Source: Candidatus Heimdallarchaeota archaeon
Lineage (GTDB): Archaea > Asgardarchaeota > Heimdallarchaeia > Heimdallarchaeales > Heimdallarchaeaceae
DNA: 64,000 nt
Direction: 5' to 3'
Assembly (NCBI GenBank): GCA_018238545.1
Contig: JABCTC010000008.1
Span: 14,264 to 78,263 of the forward strand
A program made the translations under genes and the position numbers. Every line of letters starts with the position of its first letter. Within the stretch, counting starts at the first letter, position 1. The notes under the pieces were generated by a model, which ran no database searches, was not told the DNA's origin, and was given only the letters and a program-made list of their open reading frames with translations. Positions 19,334 to 30,083 of this stretch are shown in pieces.

Positions 19334-20515
19334 TTATAATCTTATTAGTGATAATTCGAGTTGTCTAACTGAAAGGAACTCACAACCATCTTTGGTAACT
19401 AAGACGTCTTCCTCGATACTACAATAACCATGGTTTTCAACATAGACATGGAGTTCTAAGGTGAAAGCTTGATTTTCCTCAACAAGCATGAGAGGTGAAT
19501 TGCCATATTTCTCCCATTTAGGGCCTAAGAGGCAACCTGAATCATGGACATTTCTTCCTATTTGATGTCCTAGTGCATGCATGAATTCTTTATATCCTTC
19601 TTTTATTACTATATCTCTTGCTATTTTATCAACTTCCCACCCATATACTCCTGGTTTCAGTTTTTCTGCACTAGTAGTAATTGCTCTTATTACTGTTTCA
19701 AAAGCTCTTACAACCTCTTTGGGTGGCATAATCTCTCCTTCTCTTAATATATAATTCATTCTCTGAAGATCTGAGGCATACCCCTCGAAAAATACCCCAT
19801 AATCAACATTTATGAGATCTCCTCTTTTGACTTTAATATCTGAAGAAGCTTTTCCATGTCCTATGGATGTTGTGGCACCAACATGGATTAATGGAGGATA
19901 TGAAACAGTTACACCTTTTTCTTTTGTAAATTTCAGTAACATTTTTTCTATATCTTCCTCACTCATTTCAAGTTTAATAAACTCTGTAACTTTTTTATGC
20001 CCATTTTCACTTATTTCAACCGCTTTTTTTATCTTATTGATTTCCAATTCTGTTTTTCTCCCTCTTAAAGCAGCGAGCAGTTTTTCAGAGGATACTAACC
20101 TTTCAAGGTAAGGTGTACCCTCTAGAAGCTTGTTTAGTCTTAACCACATTCCATGAGTTAAGCCATCTGCTGCTACATTATCTATTGAATAATTTATAGC
20201 TATAGAGCTGGGGTCTATTTCATCTAAGACTTTTATTAAATCGGTTTTAATGCTCTCATCGTAACCAATAATTGTATCATAAACACCTATTTTCTCTAAA
20301 TTTGTAACATCATAACGACCACAAATAGCAATCTTTTTTCCAGATTTTGTTATCAAAAGAACTGTTTGCCAAGTCAACCATGAATCTTCCATAAGGAAAT
20401 AAAGACTGGGATCATGTATCTCTGAAGTTTTTCTGACATAGGTTAACCAAATATCTATGTCGAGTTCGTTCAAAATGCTTATAGCCTGATCTGTTTTTTG
20501 TTTCACCAAGTTCAT
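19334..20515 (-). CDS. M24-family metallopeptidase (Xaa-Pro aminopeptidase/prolidase)
   Basis: HALGHQIG M24 signature, creatinase-like N-terminal domain, 393 aa. Confidence 0.75.
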   Translation of the reverse strand: MNLVKQKTDQAISILNELDIDIWLTYVRKTSEIHDPSLYFLMEDSWLTWQTVLLITKSGKKIAICGRYDVTNLEKIGVYDTIIGYDESIKTDLIKVLDEIDPSSIAINYSIDNVAADGLTHGMWLRLNKLLEGTPYLERLVSSEKLLAALRGRKTELEINKIKKAVEISENGHKKVTEFIKLEMSEEDIEKMLLKFTKEKGVTVSYPPLIHVGATTSIGHGKASSDIKVKRGDLINVDYGVFFEGYASDLQRMNYILREGEIMPPKEVVRAFETVIRAITTSAEKLKPGVYGWEVDKIARDIVIKEGYKEFMHALGHQIGRNVHDSGCLLGPKWEKYGNSPLMLVEENQAFTLELHVYVENHGYCSIEEDVLVTKDGCEFLSVRQLELSLIRL

Positions 20516-20704
20516 GATGACGTAAAATTATTTAGTTTATATTTGAATTTTGCTCAATTCTCAAGCATGTTGCTATACATGTGTTTATTTATATCCTAGG
20601 TAAATTCAAAAACGATTTACCCGAATAAGATAAAGTTAAAGAAGCTTTAAATACATAACATTATTGTCTGTTGTTATCACAAAATCTACTTAAGAGAGGC
20701 CATC

Positions 20705-21319
20705 ATGTCAAAAGACGAAACAAATGGAAAGGAGAAAGGAGACGACGTCAGTAACTCTAAAATGGCGTCAAAAGTTGATATCTCTGAAAGACAAAGGCAA
20801 ACACTCATTGAAGTAGTGGATGATATAGCTGGGGAAGAAGTAAAGAAGGTAACTCTAGTCTTATTGAATGCAGATGAAGAAACTACAGATGAAGAGATTT
20901 CAGAAAAGCTGGACATGAGACTTAATCAAGTTAGAAAGTCATTATACAAATTGTATGATTTACAGCTAGCTACTTTTAGAAGAATAAGAGATAAATCAAC
21001 TGGTTGGTTTGTTTATTTTTGGACTTTACATCCTGAGAGAATAGATGTCTTTGTAGAAAAAAAACAACTAGACGTTTTACAAAAACTCCATTCTCGCTTG
21101 ATTTATGAAGAATCTAATATGTTCTTCACTTGTGATAATCCCGATTGTCCTCGTGTAACATTCCAAGAAGCTATGGATAATAACTTTGAATGTGAAACAT
21201 GTAAAGGACGATTGGAGGCCTTTGAGAATGTTCAGCTAATTAAGGTGTTAAAGGAAAAAATAGTTGAACTCGAAGCAATTAGAGAAAAAACACAAAAGAT
21301 TATGAAAGGCGAGAAGTAA
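20705..21319 (+). CDS. tfe: Transcription factor E (TFIIE-alpha homolog)
   Basis: Winged helix (EISEKLDMRLNQVRKSLYKLYDLQL) plus zinc ribbon (CDNPDCPRV...CETCKG). Confidence 0.75.
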   Translation: MSKDETNGKEKGDDVSNSKMASKVDISERQRQTLIEVVDDIAGEEVKKVTLVLLNADEETTDEEISEKLDMRLNQVRKSLYKLYDLQLATFRRIRDKSTGWFVYFWTLHPERIDVFVEKKQLDVLQKLHSRLIYEESNMFFTCDNPDCPRVTFQEAMDNNFECETCKGRLEAFENVQLIKVLKEKIVELEAIREKTQKIMKGEK

Positions 21320-22009
21320 AAATCTAATCTCTCCTAACCAAGACGTTTTTTGAACAGATTCACTCTCTAATTCCCTTAATGCATCCTTAGCAACCCATTT
21401 TCCTGCTGTAGAATCTAACTGAGCTATTATTTTTGCAACTTTTATAGCTTCTTTGTTGAGTTTCAGATTTCTTTTTCCAATCTGTCTCAGTGCCCAGTTA
21501 ACAGCTTTTTTTACCATGGTTCTAGAGTCTGTAGAACCCTTTTTAATCAGTGGAAAGAACTGAATAAAAGATTGATCTTCCGCTTTTTTGTCGCTTACAG
21601 CTAGCCTTGCTATCATCACATAACCTGCTCTTTTGATGAACTCTTCTTCACTAACACTCCATTCAAAGGCTTTAGTGTAAGCAAATTCTGTTTTCTCGAA
21701 GAGATTCATTATAATTTGATCACAGATCTCCCAATAATCAAAATCTATAACCCATTTTTCTAGTTGTTTTTCAGTTACTTGTTCGGGAACATCAATCATA
21801 CTTGCTAAAATCATTGTTTCCCTATACCCCGTCTCCCATAATTTGTGAGCTAATTCTCTATTTTTCTTTATCCTCTTTGCCATTTTTCTAAGTTCTGGTA
21901 TCCTTATTCCAAAAGTTTTGTCAGGAGTTATACCAAACCTTGCCATCCCCTCAATAGATTCAAGATTAGATTTAGATTTGAATTCTTGCATTATTTCATC
22001 AAACTGCAT
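21248..22009 (-). CDS. AlkD-like DNA alkylation repair protein (HEAT-like repeats)
   Basis: ARFGI...IRIPELRKMAK...LWETGYRE...NWALRQIG pattern of the DNA alkylation repair enzyme family. The C-terminal tail overlaps tfe convergently. Confidence 0.55.
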   Translation of the reverse strand: MQFDEIMQEFKSKSNLESIEGMARFGITPDKTFGIRIPELRKMAKRIKKNRELAHKLWETGYRETMILASMIDVPEQVTEKQLEKWVIDFDYWEICDQIIMNLFEKTEFAYTKAFEWSVSEEEFIKRAGYVMIARLAVSDKKAEDQSFIQFFPLIKKGSTDSRTMVKKAVNWALRQIGKRNLKLNKEAIKVAKIIAQLDSTAGKWVAKDALRELESESVQKTSWLGEIRFLLLAFHNLLCFFSNCFEFNYFFL

Positions 22010-22150
22010 TGTATTCAAAATGAAAATAGCATTTAACTTTAAAAATCTGTATAGTTCACAAACAATTCTTTTGCACAATAATTGTTCTTTCAGTAAAGTT
22101 TTATTATTCTAAAATTATTTTTTTATTAACTTGTATTAGGCGGAATTTTC

Positions 22151-22699
22151 ATGTTTCCAGAAGTAATAAAAACCCAAGAAGAAATAGAAGAAGCTGGTTT
22201 GGACAAATTAATCATAAAATTAGATCATATTGCATATCGCGTGAAAAAGGGAGAGGGAGAAAAAGCAATGGCAGAACTAGCGAATCTTGTTCCTTATAAA
22301 GAATATAAAACATTCAAAGTTGCAACTATGAACGCTGTAACTAGTGCTATAAAGCTACATGACACTCTACCTGTTATCGTTGTAAGTGAAGGATTGTCAG
22401 AAGATTCAGTTGTTGAACAATATGTGAAGAAATTTGGTGGGAGAATCCATCATTTGGCATATCTTGTAAACAATATCGATAAAGTGGTTGAAATCCAAAG
22501 AAAAAGAGGTGTTAAATTTACTACAGATTCAATAATTGGTAGTGAAAAAGAAGGAATAAAACAGATTTTCACTTTACCCACGGATACTGCCAACCATATT
22601 ATTGAGTACATTCAACGATTTGGTGACTTTGATGGCTTCTTCACTCCCACAAATATCGACGAGTTGATGAAATCAACTGAAAGGTTAGGTGAAGCTTAA
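22151..22699 (+). CDS. VOC-family protein (methylmalonyl-CoA epimerase/glyoxalase-like)
   Basis: Duplicated LDHIAYRV / RIHHLAYLV half-site motifs typical of MCE/VOC enzymes. Confidence 0.55.
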   Translation: MFPEVIKTQEEIEEAGLDKLIIKLDHIAYRVKKGEGEKAMAELANLVPYKEYKTFKVATMNAVTSAIKLHDTLPVIVVSEGLSEDSVVEQYVKKFGGRIHHLAYLVNNIDKVVEIQRKRGVKFTTDSIIGSEKEGIKQIFTLPTDTANHIIEYIQRFGDFDGFFTPTNIDELMKSTERLGEA

Positions 22700-22705
22700 G
22701 GTATT

Positions 22706-23254
22706 GTGAAAAAAACTTATCTTTGTAAAATTTATTCGTACATCATGAAGAAGTTACTTGATAATGTTTCAGCAGGTCTTTATCCTAATCCTGTTTTGTT
22801 AGTGTCATCTGAATATCTAGGAGAGGAGTCAATAATTACTTTATCTTGGGCTGGCAACAGCTGTTCTAATCCCCCTATTATGTCACTTGGAATAAGAAAG
22901 GAAAGACATTCTCACAATATAATTAAACAATCTATGGAATTTGTTATCAACATTCCAACAACCAGTATGCTTGATGAGGTTGAAATCTGTGGTACAAAAT
23001 CTGGAAAAGACATAGATAAATGGATTAAATGCAATTTTACAAAAGGACAGAGCAAAGTAGTTAATGTGCCTCACATTGAAGAATGCCCCGTTAGTCTGGA
23101 ATGCAAGGTAATTCAGATAATTGAATTAGGATCTCACGATCTATTTCTAGGTAAGGTTGTTGCAATCCATATGGACGAGAAATGGAATTCTGAAAAATAC
23201 CCTGATCTTTTAACATACATTAGAGGAATTTACAAGAAATGCGTTGAGTTGTAA
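22706..23254 (+). CDS. Flavin reductase-like (FMN-binding split barrel) protein
   Basis: YPNPVLLVS...IITLSWAG...PP..SLGIRKERHSHN pattern of the flavin reductase domain. Confidence 0.65.
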   Translation: MKKTYLCKIYSYIMKKLLDNVSAGLYPNPVLLVSSEYLGEESIITLSWAGNSCSNPPIMSLGIRKERHSHNIIKQSMEFVINIPTTSMLDEVEICGTKSGKDIDKWIKCNFTKGQSKVVNVPHIEECPVSLECKVIQIIELGSHDLFLGKVVAIHMDEKWNSEKYPDLLTYIRGIYKKCVEL

Positions 23255-23272
23255 GATTAGTTACCGGAAAAA

Positions 23273-23349
23273 TGGTGGCAGGACAGGGATTTGAACCCTG
23301 GATCCTTTACTCCCGAAGCAAAAATCTTACCAAGCTAGACCATCCTACC
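23273..23349 (-). tRNA. tRNA-Pro (anticodon CGG) with encoded CCA
   Basis: Reverse complement GGTAGGA-TG-GTCT..AGAT-TTTGC-TTCGGGA-GTAAA-GGATC-CAGGG-TTCAAAT-CCCTG-TCCTGCC-A-CCA. Confidence 0.8.
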
Positions 23350-23457
23350 TTTATTTTGTCTATATTGGATTTTTTTAATTAAAAAAATTCCGACACCACA
23401 TAGTTCTGTCCAATCACCAAAGAAAAGTATAAATCTTTATTTTATTAGAAAAATATA

Positions 23458-24218
23458 ATGAAAGTTAGGGTCATTAGTACTTTTTCTTTTGCAAAATTAG
23501 AAAAGAAGGAAAAAGCAGTTTTTGTTGTTATAGACACGTTTCGCGCAACTAGCTCTATTGTAACTTTGAAGAATTCAGGAGCGTCAAGTATCTATATCAC
23601 GGATAATGGAGACAATGCTAAAAAATTGAAAGTTCTACTCTTTCCAGATGCTCTTCTAATTGGAGAAAGCAAAGGAATTATGATTGAAGGGTTCGGCTAT
23701 GGGAACACCCTTCAATTTTTTCGAGGAAAAATTTCAAAGGAAAAGAAATCATTTTCACATCTTCTAGTGGTGCTAAAGCCATTACTGGCTTGAAAGCTCA
23801 AAAAGATGTTTTTCTCGGTTCGCTTTTAAATCTTAATTCAATAACAACAAAAGTAGCAGAAATTGCAAAAAAAGAAGAATGTGATATATTTATCATTCCT
23901 TCAGGAAGTGCCTGGGATGAAACAATGTACGTTATTGAGGATTGGTTAACTGGGATTTTAATAGCAAATAATCTATCTACACAATTTGGCTTCGTTGACA
24001 TCTCAGAAGGTGGTTTTTACTCCAAAACAAAAGAGATTACTGAGGGAGAATACGTTCTAAGTCATCTGTTGAAAAACTCTTCTAATGGTAAAGCACTAAT
24101 GGAACTTGGTTTTGCAGATGATGTAGATTTTGCAGTCAAACTTAGTAAAATAAATTACGTTCCAAAAATAAAAGAATTTAGAGAAATGGATGGAATATCC
24201 TTTTGCGTGATTAGTTAA
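23458..24218 (+). pseudogene. comB: 2-phosphosulfolactate phosphatase (ComB-like), split by a -1 frameshift in an A5 homopolymer near 23727..23731
   Basis: ORFs 23458..23793 and 23790..24218 together reconstruct ComB (VIDTFRATSSI...IEGFGYGNTLQFFRGK | NFKGKEIIFTSSSGAKAITG...). Restoring one A rejoins the frames. Confidence 0.7.
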
Positions 24219-24235
24219 CCACTTCTCTCTTCTCT

Positions 24236-25687
24236 CTAAACGTCTACGCTATCGAAGTTAACTTTTTTATCTCTCTTATCTGGATGGAACTTATCGATAT
24301 ATTCAGCTGGAATACGTTTTAGTACTCTGTAGGGGTCATCAAAAACGCTCAAGAGTTCCCATCCAATGTCGAGTGATTCAAAAATGGATCTATCTTCGTG
24401 ATAGTCTTGGTTAATAAATTTCTGTTCGAATAACACTGCAAATTCAAGAATCTTCTTATCGGTATCAGTAAGAGACTCATCTCCTACTACTGCAACAAGA
24501 TCTCTTAAATCTCGACCTGTAGCATACAGTGCATAAAGTTGGTCAGCAACATATTTGTGATCGTCCCTTGTAGATCCTTTACCAATTGTATCTTTCATCA
24601 ATCTAGAAAGAGATGGTAATGGATTAATGGGGGGATAAAGACCCTTACGATTTAGTCCTACATCTATAAACACTTGTCCCTCTGTAATGTATCCTGTTAA
24701 ATCTGGAACGGGATGTGTAATGTCATAATTAGGAAGTGTCAGAATTGGCAATTGGGTGATTGAACCTTTCTTATTAAAAATTCTTCCTGCTCTTTCATAT
24801 ATTGTAGAAAAATCAGAATACATGTAACCAGGGTATCCTCTCCTACTTGGTACCTCACTTCTTGCTGCCGCAACTTCTCTAAGAGATTCTGCGTAAGCAG
24901 TAATATCTGTAAGAATAACTAGAACATGGTAGCCGAGTTCGTATGCTAAGTGTTCAGCAGTTGTTAGTGCCAATCTAGGTGTTAAAAGCCGTTCAATCGC
25001 TGGGTCGTTTGCTAAATTGAGAAACAATACTACTTTGTCCAATGCACCTGTTTCTTCAAAATCATCTCTAAAGAAACGCGCTTCATCTGCAGTGATTCCC
25101 ATTGCTGAAAAGATAACTGCAAATTCTTCTTCAGTACCAAGAACTTTGGCTTGACGAGCAATTTGAGCTGCAAGCATATTGTGAGGAAGACCACTCCCAC
25201 TGAATAATGGCAGTTTTTGCCCTCTAACCAGTGTAAGAAGCGTATCAATTGTGCTGATACCTGTTTCAATAAATTCATTAGGATATTGTCTTGCTGAAGG
25301 ATTTATAGGCGCTCCATTAACATCTAATATCTTCTCAGGGACTATGTCACCACCACCATCTATTGGAATACCTCTCCCATTGAAGACTCTCCCTAACATT
25401 TCTTTGCTTACACCTATTTGCATGGTCTCCCCTAAGAATCTGCAAATTGTGTCTTTGGTCTCTAAACCCGCTGTTCCTTCAAAGCATTGAATAACAGCCA
25501 AATCCTTAGAAACATCTAACACTTGTCCTCTTCTTTTTTCTCCCGTAGTTGTTTGGATTTCAACCATCTCTCCATATGAAACACCACCCTTCCCTTTCAA
25601 ATCAACAAACATTAGAGGTCCAGAAACTTCTGCTACTGTTTTGAATTCTCTTGCTTCGTATGACTCTTTTATTGTCATCATTATCAC
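24236..25687 (-). CDS. atpB: A/V-type ATP synthase subunit B
   Basis: 483 aa. Strong similarity pattern to non-catalytic B subunits ([16 protein letters not shown]...). Confidence 0.9.
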   Translation of the reverse strand: MIMMTIKESYEAREFKTVAEVSGPLMFVDLKGKGGVSYGEMVEIQTTTGEKRRGQVLDVSKDLAVIQCFEGTAGLETKDTICRFLGETMQIGVSKEMLGRVFNGRGIPIDGGGDIVPEKILDVNGAPINPSARQYPNEFIETGISTIDTLLTLVRGQKLPLFSGSGLPHNMLAAQIARQAKVLGTEEEFAVIFSAMGITADEARFFRDDFEETGALDKVVLFLNLANDPAIERLLTPRLALTTAEHLAYELGYHVLVILTDITAYAESLREVAAARSEVPSRRGYPGYMYSDFSTIYERAGRIFNKKGSITQLPILTLPNYDITHPVPDLTGYITEGQVFIDVGLNRKGLYPPINPLPSLSRLMKDTIGKGSTRDDHKYVADQLYALYATGRDLRDLVAVVGDESLTDTDKKILEFAVLFEQKFINQDYHEDRSIFESLDIGWELLSVFDDPYRVLKRIPAEYIDKFHPDKRDKKVNFDSVDV

Positions 25688-25691
25688 CTAT

Positions 25692-27479
25692 TTACTTGTC
25701 TTCCTCCATTCCAAATTGCTGAGGTGTTAAACCATCGATTTCTTTCATCAGTTCATTTAAACTAGTTTCGATTTCGCTTCTGTCAACATACTTCATCCTA
25801 GCAATTTTGACTACTGCCTCATGATTGAAGATATCTGTAACTATCGCACCTTTCCCGTAGAGGTCTGATGCTTTTTCATAAAATCGAAGGATGGTTTTTA
25901 ACATAAGGTATTGTTTTTCTAGACTACAGAAACTATCTATTTCATGGAATGCATTTTGTTGCAAGAAATCTTCCTTAATCATTTTTGCTGTTTCCAAAAT
26001 TATTTTTTCACTTGGTGGTAAAGCATCAGGTCCTACTAAAGCAACAATGTCTTGAAGCTCCTTGTCCTTCTGTAATAGAGCTAATGCTTCAGCGCGTAGT
26101 TTTGGAAATTCACTATTTACATTTTCTATGTAATAGTCTTCTAATGCTGACCAATATAGAGTGTAACTTAATAAGTAGTCAATAGCTGGAAAATGTCTTC
26201 TGCTTGCAAGATCTTTTGATAAAGCCCAAAAGACTTTTACTATACGTAATGTATTCTGTGTTACTGGTTCACTGAAATCCCCACCAGGGGGACTAACTGC
26301 TCCTACAACAGTAATACTTGATTCCCTTGGGTTCGAACCTAGAGTCAATACTCTTCCAGCTCTTTCATAATATTGAGCGATTCTTGAAGCAAGATAAGCT
26401 GGGAACGATTCTTCTCCAGGCATTTCCTCTAAACGACCTGAAATTTCTCTCATAGCTTCGGCCCATCTCGAAGTGCTATCTGCCATCATTGCAACATCGT
26501 AACCCATATCACGGAAGAACTCAGCCAAAGTGATCCCAGTGTACACGCTTGCTTCACGAGCAGCAACTGGCATGTTCGAAGTATTTGCAATCAATACTGT
26601 TCGATCCATTAATGGACCACCTGTATATGGGTCTACAAGTTTTGGAAACTCCCTGAGAACATCAGTCATTTCATTACCTCTCTCTCCACAACCTACGTAA
26701 ACAACAATTTTTGCATCAGACCATTTTGCAAGTTGATGCTGACTAACTGTTTTTCCTGTTCCAAAACCACCTGGAATTGCACCTGTTCCGCCTTTTGCAA
26801 TTGGAGCAAAAGTGTCGAAAATTCTTTGTCCAGTGATTAAAGGAACATTTGAAGGCAATCTTGCATGAAATGGTCTAGGGTGTCTAACTGGCCATTCATG
26901 ATAAAATTTCAAATCTATTTTATCCCCGCTAGGAGTTACAATAGTTGCTGAAGTATCATCAATTGTATAATCTCCTCTCTTTGCTATAAACTCTAATTTT
27001 CCTTTTATATTTGGTGGGACTAAAAGCTTAAAGTCGACTGTTGGAGTTTCAGGGATTTCACCTAAAATATCTCCTCCTGTAACTTTGTCTCCAACTTTTA
27101 CTGAAGGTTCAAAATCCCACATTTTTTTATGATCTAAACCAGGAATCTCGATACCTCTTGCAATAAAATCTCCCGATTTCTCTTTAATGACCGGCAAAGG
27201 TCTTTGAATCCCATCAAAAATCTGTCGAATAAGACCGGGTCCTAATTCAACTGACAACGGCGCATTAGTCAGATAAACAGGTTCTCCAGGCATTAAACCT
27301 TCAGTACTCTCATAAACTTGAACTGTAGCTAAGTCACCCGTTAATCTGATGATTTCACCTACTAATTTCTCTTCACCTATTCTTGCTACATCGTAAAGTT
27401 TTGATCCTAACATATTAGAAGCTTGGACTACGGGTCCTGCGATTCTATCTATAATCCCAATTTGTTCAGAACTAGCCAT
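25692..27479 (-). CDS. atpA: A/V-type ATP synthase catalytic subunit A
   Basis: 595 aa. Walker [11 protein letters not shown]-subunit non-homologous insert region. Confidence 0.9.
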   Translation of the reverse strand: MASSEQIGIIDRIAGPVVQASNMLGSKLYDVARIGEEKLVGEIIRLTGDLATVQVYESTEGLMPGEPVYLTNAPLSVELGPGLIRQIFDGIQRPLPVIKEKSGDFIARGIEIPGLDHKKMWDFEPSVKVGDKVTGGDILGEIPETPTVDFKLLVPPNIKGKLEFIAKRGDYTIDDTSATIVTPSGDKIDLKFYHEWPVRHPRPFHARLPSNVPLITGQRIFDTFAPIAKGGTGAIPGGFGTGKTVSQHQLAKWSDAKIVVYVGCGERGNEMTDVLREFPKLVDPYTGGPLMDRTVLIANTSNMPVAAREASVYTGITLAEFFRDMGYDVAMMADSTSRWAEAMREISGRLEEMPGEESFPAYLASRIAQYYERAGRVLTLGSNPRESSITVVGAVSPPGGDFSEPVTQNTLRIVKVFWALSKDLASRRHFPAIDYLLSYTLYWSALEDYYIENVNSEFPKLRAEALALLQKDKELQDIVALVGPDALPPSEKIILETAKMIKEDFLQQNAFHEIDSFCSLEKQYLMLKTILRFYEKASDLYGKGAIVTDIFNHEAVVKIARMKYVDRSEIETSLNELMKEIDGLTPQQFGMEEDK

Positions 27480-27598
27480 GTTATGTTCCTACTATCCTTT
27501 TCCTACTCAACTATTAGCTTCCTTTTTTTAAGTTTTATTACATCTCCTTATTTGCTTTGGAACGCTCTTAAATTAAAAACTAAAAGAAGAGAACAGAT

Positions 27599-28981
27599 TT
27601 AGCTTAATCTTTGTAATGCGTCCTGAACAAGTCTCATACCCTTAGTCATAATATCACTTGCATTTTTCTCAGTTTTAGCTTCAGCGAATACTCTGAAAAT
27701 AGGTTCTGTTCCAGAAGGTCTAATTAATACCCAACCTTCATCATAGATGAGTTTCACTCCATCCATACTTATGATTTCAACATTTTCTGGGACGGTTGCA
27801 ACAATGTGGTCCATTGCCCTCTTTTTTAATTCATTTGGGCAAGATAATTTGTTTTTCTTCTGAAAATATTCAGGTAATTCTAGTACCAAATCACTGAAAG
27901 TTTTTTCAGTTTCTGCCAATATATTTGCCATCAGAGCCGCGGCCATCGCACCATCTCGTACGCTTTGATGTAATCCATAAAACAACCCTCCATTCTCTTC
28001 TCCACCCAAAAGACTGTTCCTGGATATCATTTCTCTACTTACAAAAATACAACCTACTGGGGTCCAGATTACCTTTCCTCCAATCGCATCAGCGATGTCA
28101 ACAACTGCAGATGACGAGCTAACAGGTGTAACAAATTGTTTGTTTTCATGATTACTCATAAACCATTTTTCGAACAAAGCTATAGATTTATCTCCAAAGA
28201 AAATAGTGCCCTTTTCATCTCCAAATATTGCTCTATCTGCATCTCCATCATGTGCTACTGAGAAATTGCATTTGCTTTGCAAAGTGATTTTACTCATTTC
28301 AGTTAATCTTTCTGGGTTAGGTTCTGATCCTCTTCCTGGGAACCTTCCATCTAAGTTACCATTAACTGTAATTACTCTCACTCCAAGTTGTCGAAGTAAT
28401 TCTGGAGTAATGACACTCCCCGCTCCGTTTCCAGTATCAACTACAACAGACATCTTTTTCTTTTGTATGTTATCTATGTTTACTAATTGTATTATTTGAT
28501 TAATGTATTCCTGTTTAAGATCCATTTTTGTGACTGAACCATTTTCATCCCAAGGAGCAAAGGTAAATTGTTCTTTCTCAAAAATTTCTTCAACTTTAAG
28601 TTGTTTTCTTATATCAATTTCAATTCCATCATCGTCTATGATTTTGAGACCGTTAAATTGAGGGGGGTTGTGACTTGCTGTAACCACTATTCCCATGTTT
28701 GTTTGTAAATGTTTTACTGCAAATTGAACCAAGGGAGTGGGAACCACACCTAAATCTATTACTTCTATCCCACTTGCAAGGAAACTAGAAATGACATTGT
28801 TTTTGATAAAAGGGCTACTAAGCCTGGAATCTGTTCCTATGATTACAGTTCCCTTATTTTTTAACATCGAAGCTATAGCAGAAGACATTTTTGATATAAA
28901 TTCCGGTGTAATTAAATCACCAATAATGCCTCTTATCCCGTTGGTTCCAAAATATTTCATGTTCATTACATCACAGAACAA
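27599..28981 (-). CDS. glmM: Phosphohexomutase (phosphoglucosamine or phosphomannomutase, GlmM/ManB type)
   Basis: GTNGIRG N-terminus. Active-site TASHNPPQFNGLK. Mg-binding DGDADR. Confidence 0.8.
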   Translation of the reverse strand: MFCDVMNMKYFGTNGIRGIIGDLITPEFISKMSSAIASMLKNKGTVIIGTDSRLSSPFIKNNVISSFLASGIEVIDLGVVPTPLVQFAVKHLQTNMGIVVTASHNPPQFNGLKIIDDDGIEIDIRKQLKVEEIFEKEQFTFAPWDENGSVTKMDLKQEYINQIIQLVNIDNIQKKKMSVVVDTGNGAGSVITPELLRQLGVRVITVNGNLDGRFPGRGSEPNPERLTEMSKITLQSKCNFSVAHDGDADRAIFGDEKGTIFFGDKSIALFEKWFMSNHENKQFVTPVSSSSAVVDIADAIGGKVIWTPVGCIFVSREMISRNSLLGGEENGGLFYGLHQSVRDGAMAAALMANILAETEKTFSDLVLELPEYFQKKNKLSCPNELKKRAMDHIVATVPENVEIISMDGVKLIYDEGWVLIRPSGTEPIFRVFAEAKTEKNASDIMTKGMRLVQDALQRLS

Positions 28982-29102
28982 ATCTCATGTTATAACATTT
29001 TCTAAATTTCATTCTAATAAGAATCAAACAAGAAAACATAGAGATAGAACAAAATCTTTTAAAAACTACATTGTTGGAATATCTTAACGACACGAATTAA
29101 AG

Positions 29103-29423
29103 ATGGTCTTTACTATGAGCGTTGACTTTCTAAAAACCATAAGAGAAACAGAAAGAGAGTGCGAACAAGATATCAAGAACGCCGAAACTACTAAACAAAA
29201 TGCTTTAATGGAAGCAGAAAAGAAAACAGTTTTGAAAATTCGAGATACCGAAATTCAAGCTAAAGAAGAAGCTACTAAAATTTTGTCTGGTGTAAAAGAT
29301 AGAGTCGAAAAAGAATACGTCAAAATGCTTAATTTATTCGAGGAAGAGCAAAATGAGTTAAAAGCTAAAGCAAAAATACAAGAGAAAAAAGCAATTGACT
29401 TTGTCTTAGAAGAAATAATGTAA
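29103..29423 (+). CDS. atpH: Putative A/V-type ATP synthase subunit H (small E/K/A-rich helical protein)
   Basis: 106 aa charged helical protein immediately upstream of atpF on the same strand. The composition resembles AtpH. Confidence 0.4.
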   Translation: MVFTMSVDFLKTIRETERECEQDIKNAETTKQNALMEAEKKTVLKIRDTEIQAKEEATKILSGVKDRVEKEYVKMLNLFEEEQNELKAKAKIQEKKAIDFVLEEIM

Positions 29424-29427
29424 AACA

Positions 29428-29772
29428 TTGACAGTGATTCCAATGAGTACTCCTCAAAGAACAAAAATCGTAAGCGTAGGCGATGAAGAAACATCTATGG
29501 GCTTTAAATTAGCAGGAATATCAGAGGTTTATACTGAAGAACCTGAAAAATCTGGTTCTATCTTGCGTTCTCTTGCCGATGATCCTGAGATAGCTGTTCT
29601 TATTATCACTGAAGAAGTGGCAAAAGCGAATATTGATGTTATAAGAAGAATACGCATTCATCCCTATCCTGTTATCGTTGAAGTTCCAGGTAAGAAAGCA
29701 AAATATGATAGTGCCGAGGATAAAGTTCGTGCATTAATCAAAATGGCTTTAGGTATTGACATAGAAACGTAA
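29428..29772 (+). CDS. atpF: A/V-type ATP synthase subunit F
   Basis: KIVSVGDEETSMGFKLAGI matches the AtpF N-terminal consensus. About 110 aa. Confidence 0.7.
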   Translation: MTVIPMSTPQRTKIVSVGDEETSMGFKLAGISEVYTEEPEKSGSILRSLADDPEIAVLIITEEVAKANIDVIRRIRIHPYPVIVEVPGKKAKYDSAEDKVRALIKMALGIDIET

Positions 29773-29816
29773 AAAACTATATACTTAGTTTTCTATATTA
29801 AAAAGAGGAAAAACCA

Positions 29817-30071
29817 ATGAATGACAAATTTGTTGGAGTGGTAATGATTATCAGCTCTTTAGGTGTGATGGTTTTTATGTTCATATGGACCATTATCCTT
29901 CCGATATTAGATGAACAGTTTCTGTTCAAAGCCTATATGGCTATTGCGATTGTAATATTTAGTGCAATCTTTGTTTTAACAATGTTAACCGTATGGATTG
30001 GTTTAAATTTTCTAAAGAACCGAGCTCCTAAAGAAGATCTCTCTGAACAAAAAATTGAAATTAAACAATAA
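29817..30071 (+). CDS. Small two-TM membrane protein
   Basis: Two hydrophobic helices, 84 aa. No proteolipid signature. Confidence 0.35.
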   Translation: MNDKFVGVVMIISSLGVMVFMFIWTIILPILDEQFLFKAYMAIAIVIFSAIFVLTMLTVWIGLNFLKNRAPKEDLSEQKIEIKQ

Positions 30072-30083
30072 TGGTGAATATAT

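Noticed and set aside
29817-30071. Small two-TM protein next to atpF as the ATPase proteolipid (subunit K/c).
   Set aside because: It lacks the Gly/Ala-rich TM1 and the conserved acidic residue in TM2.
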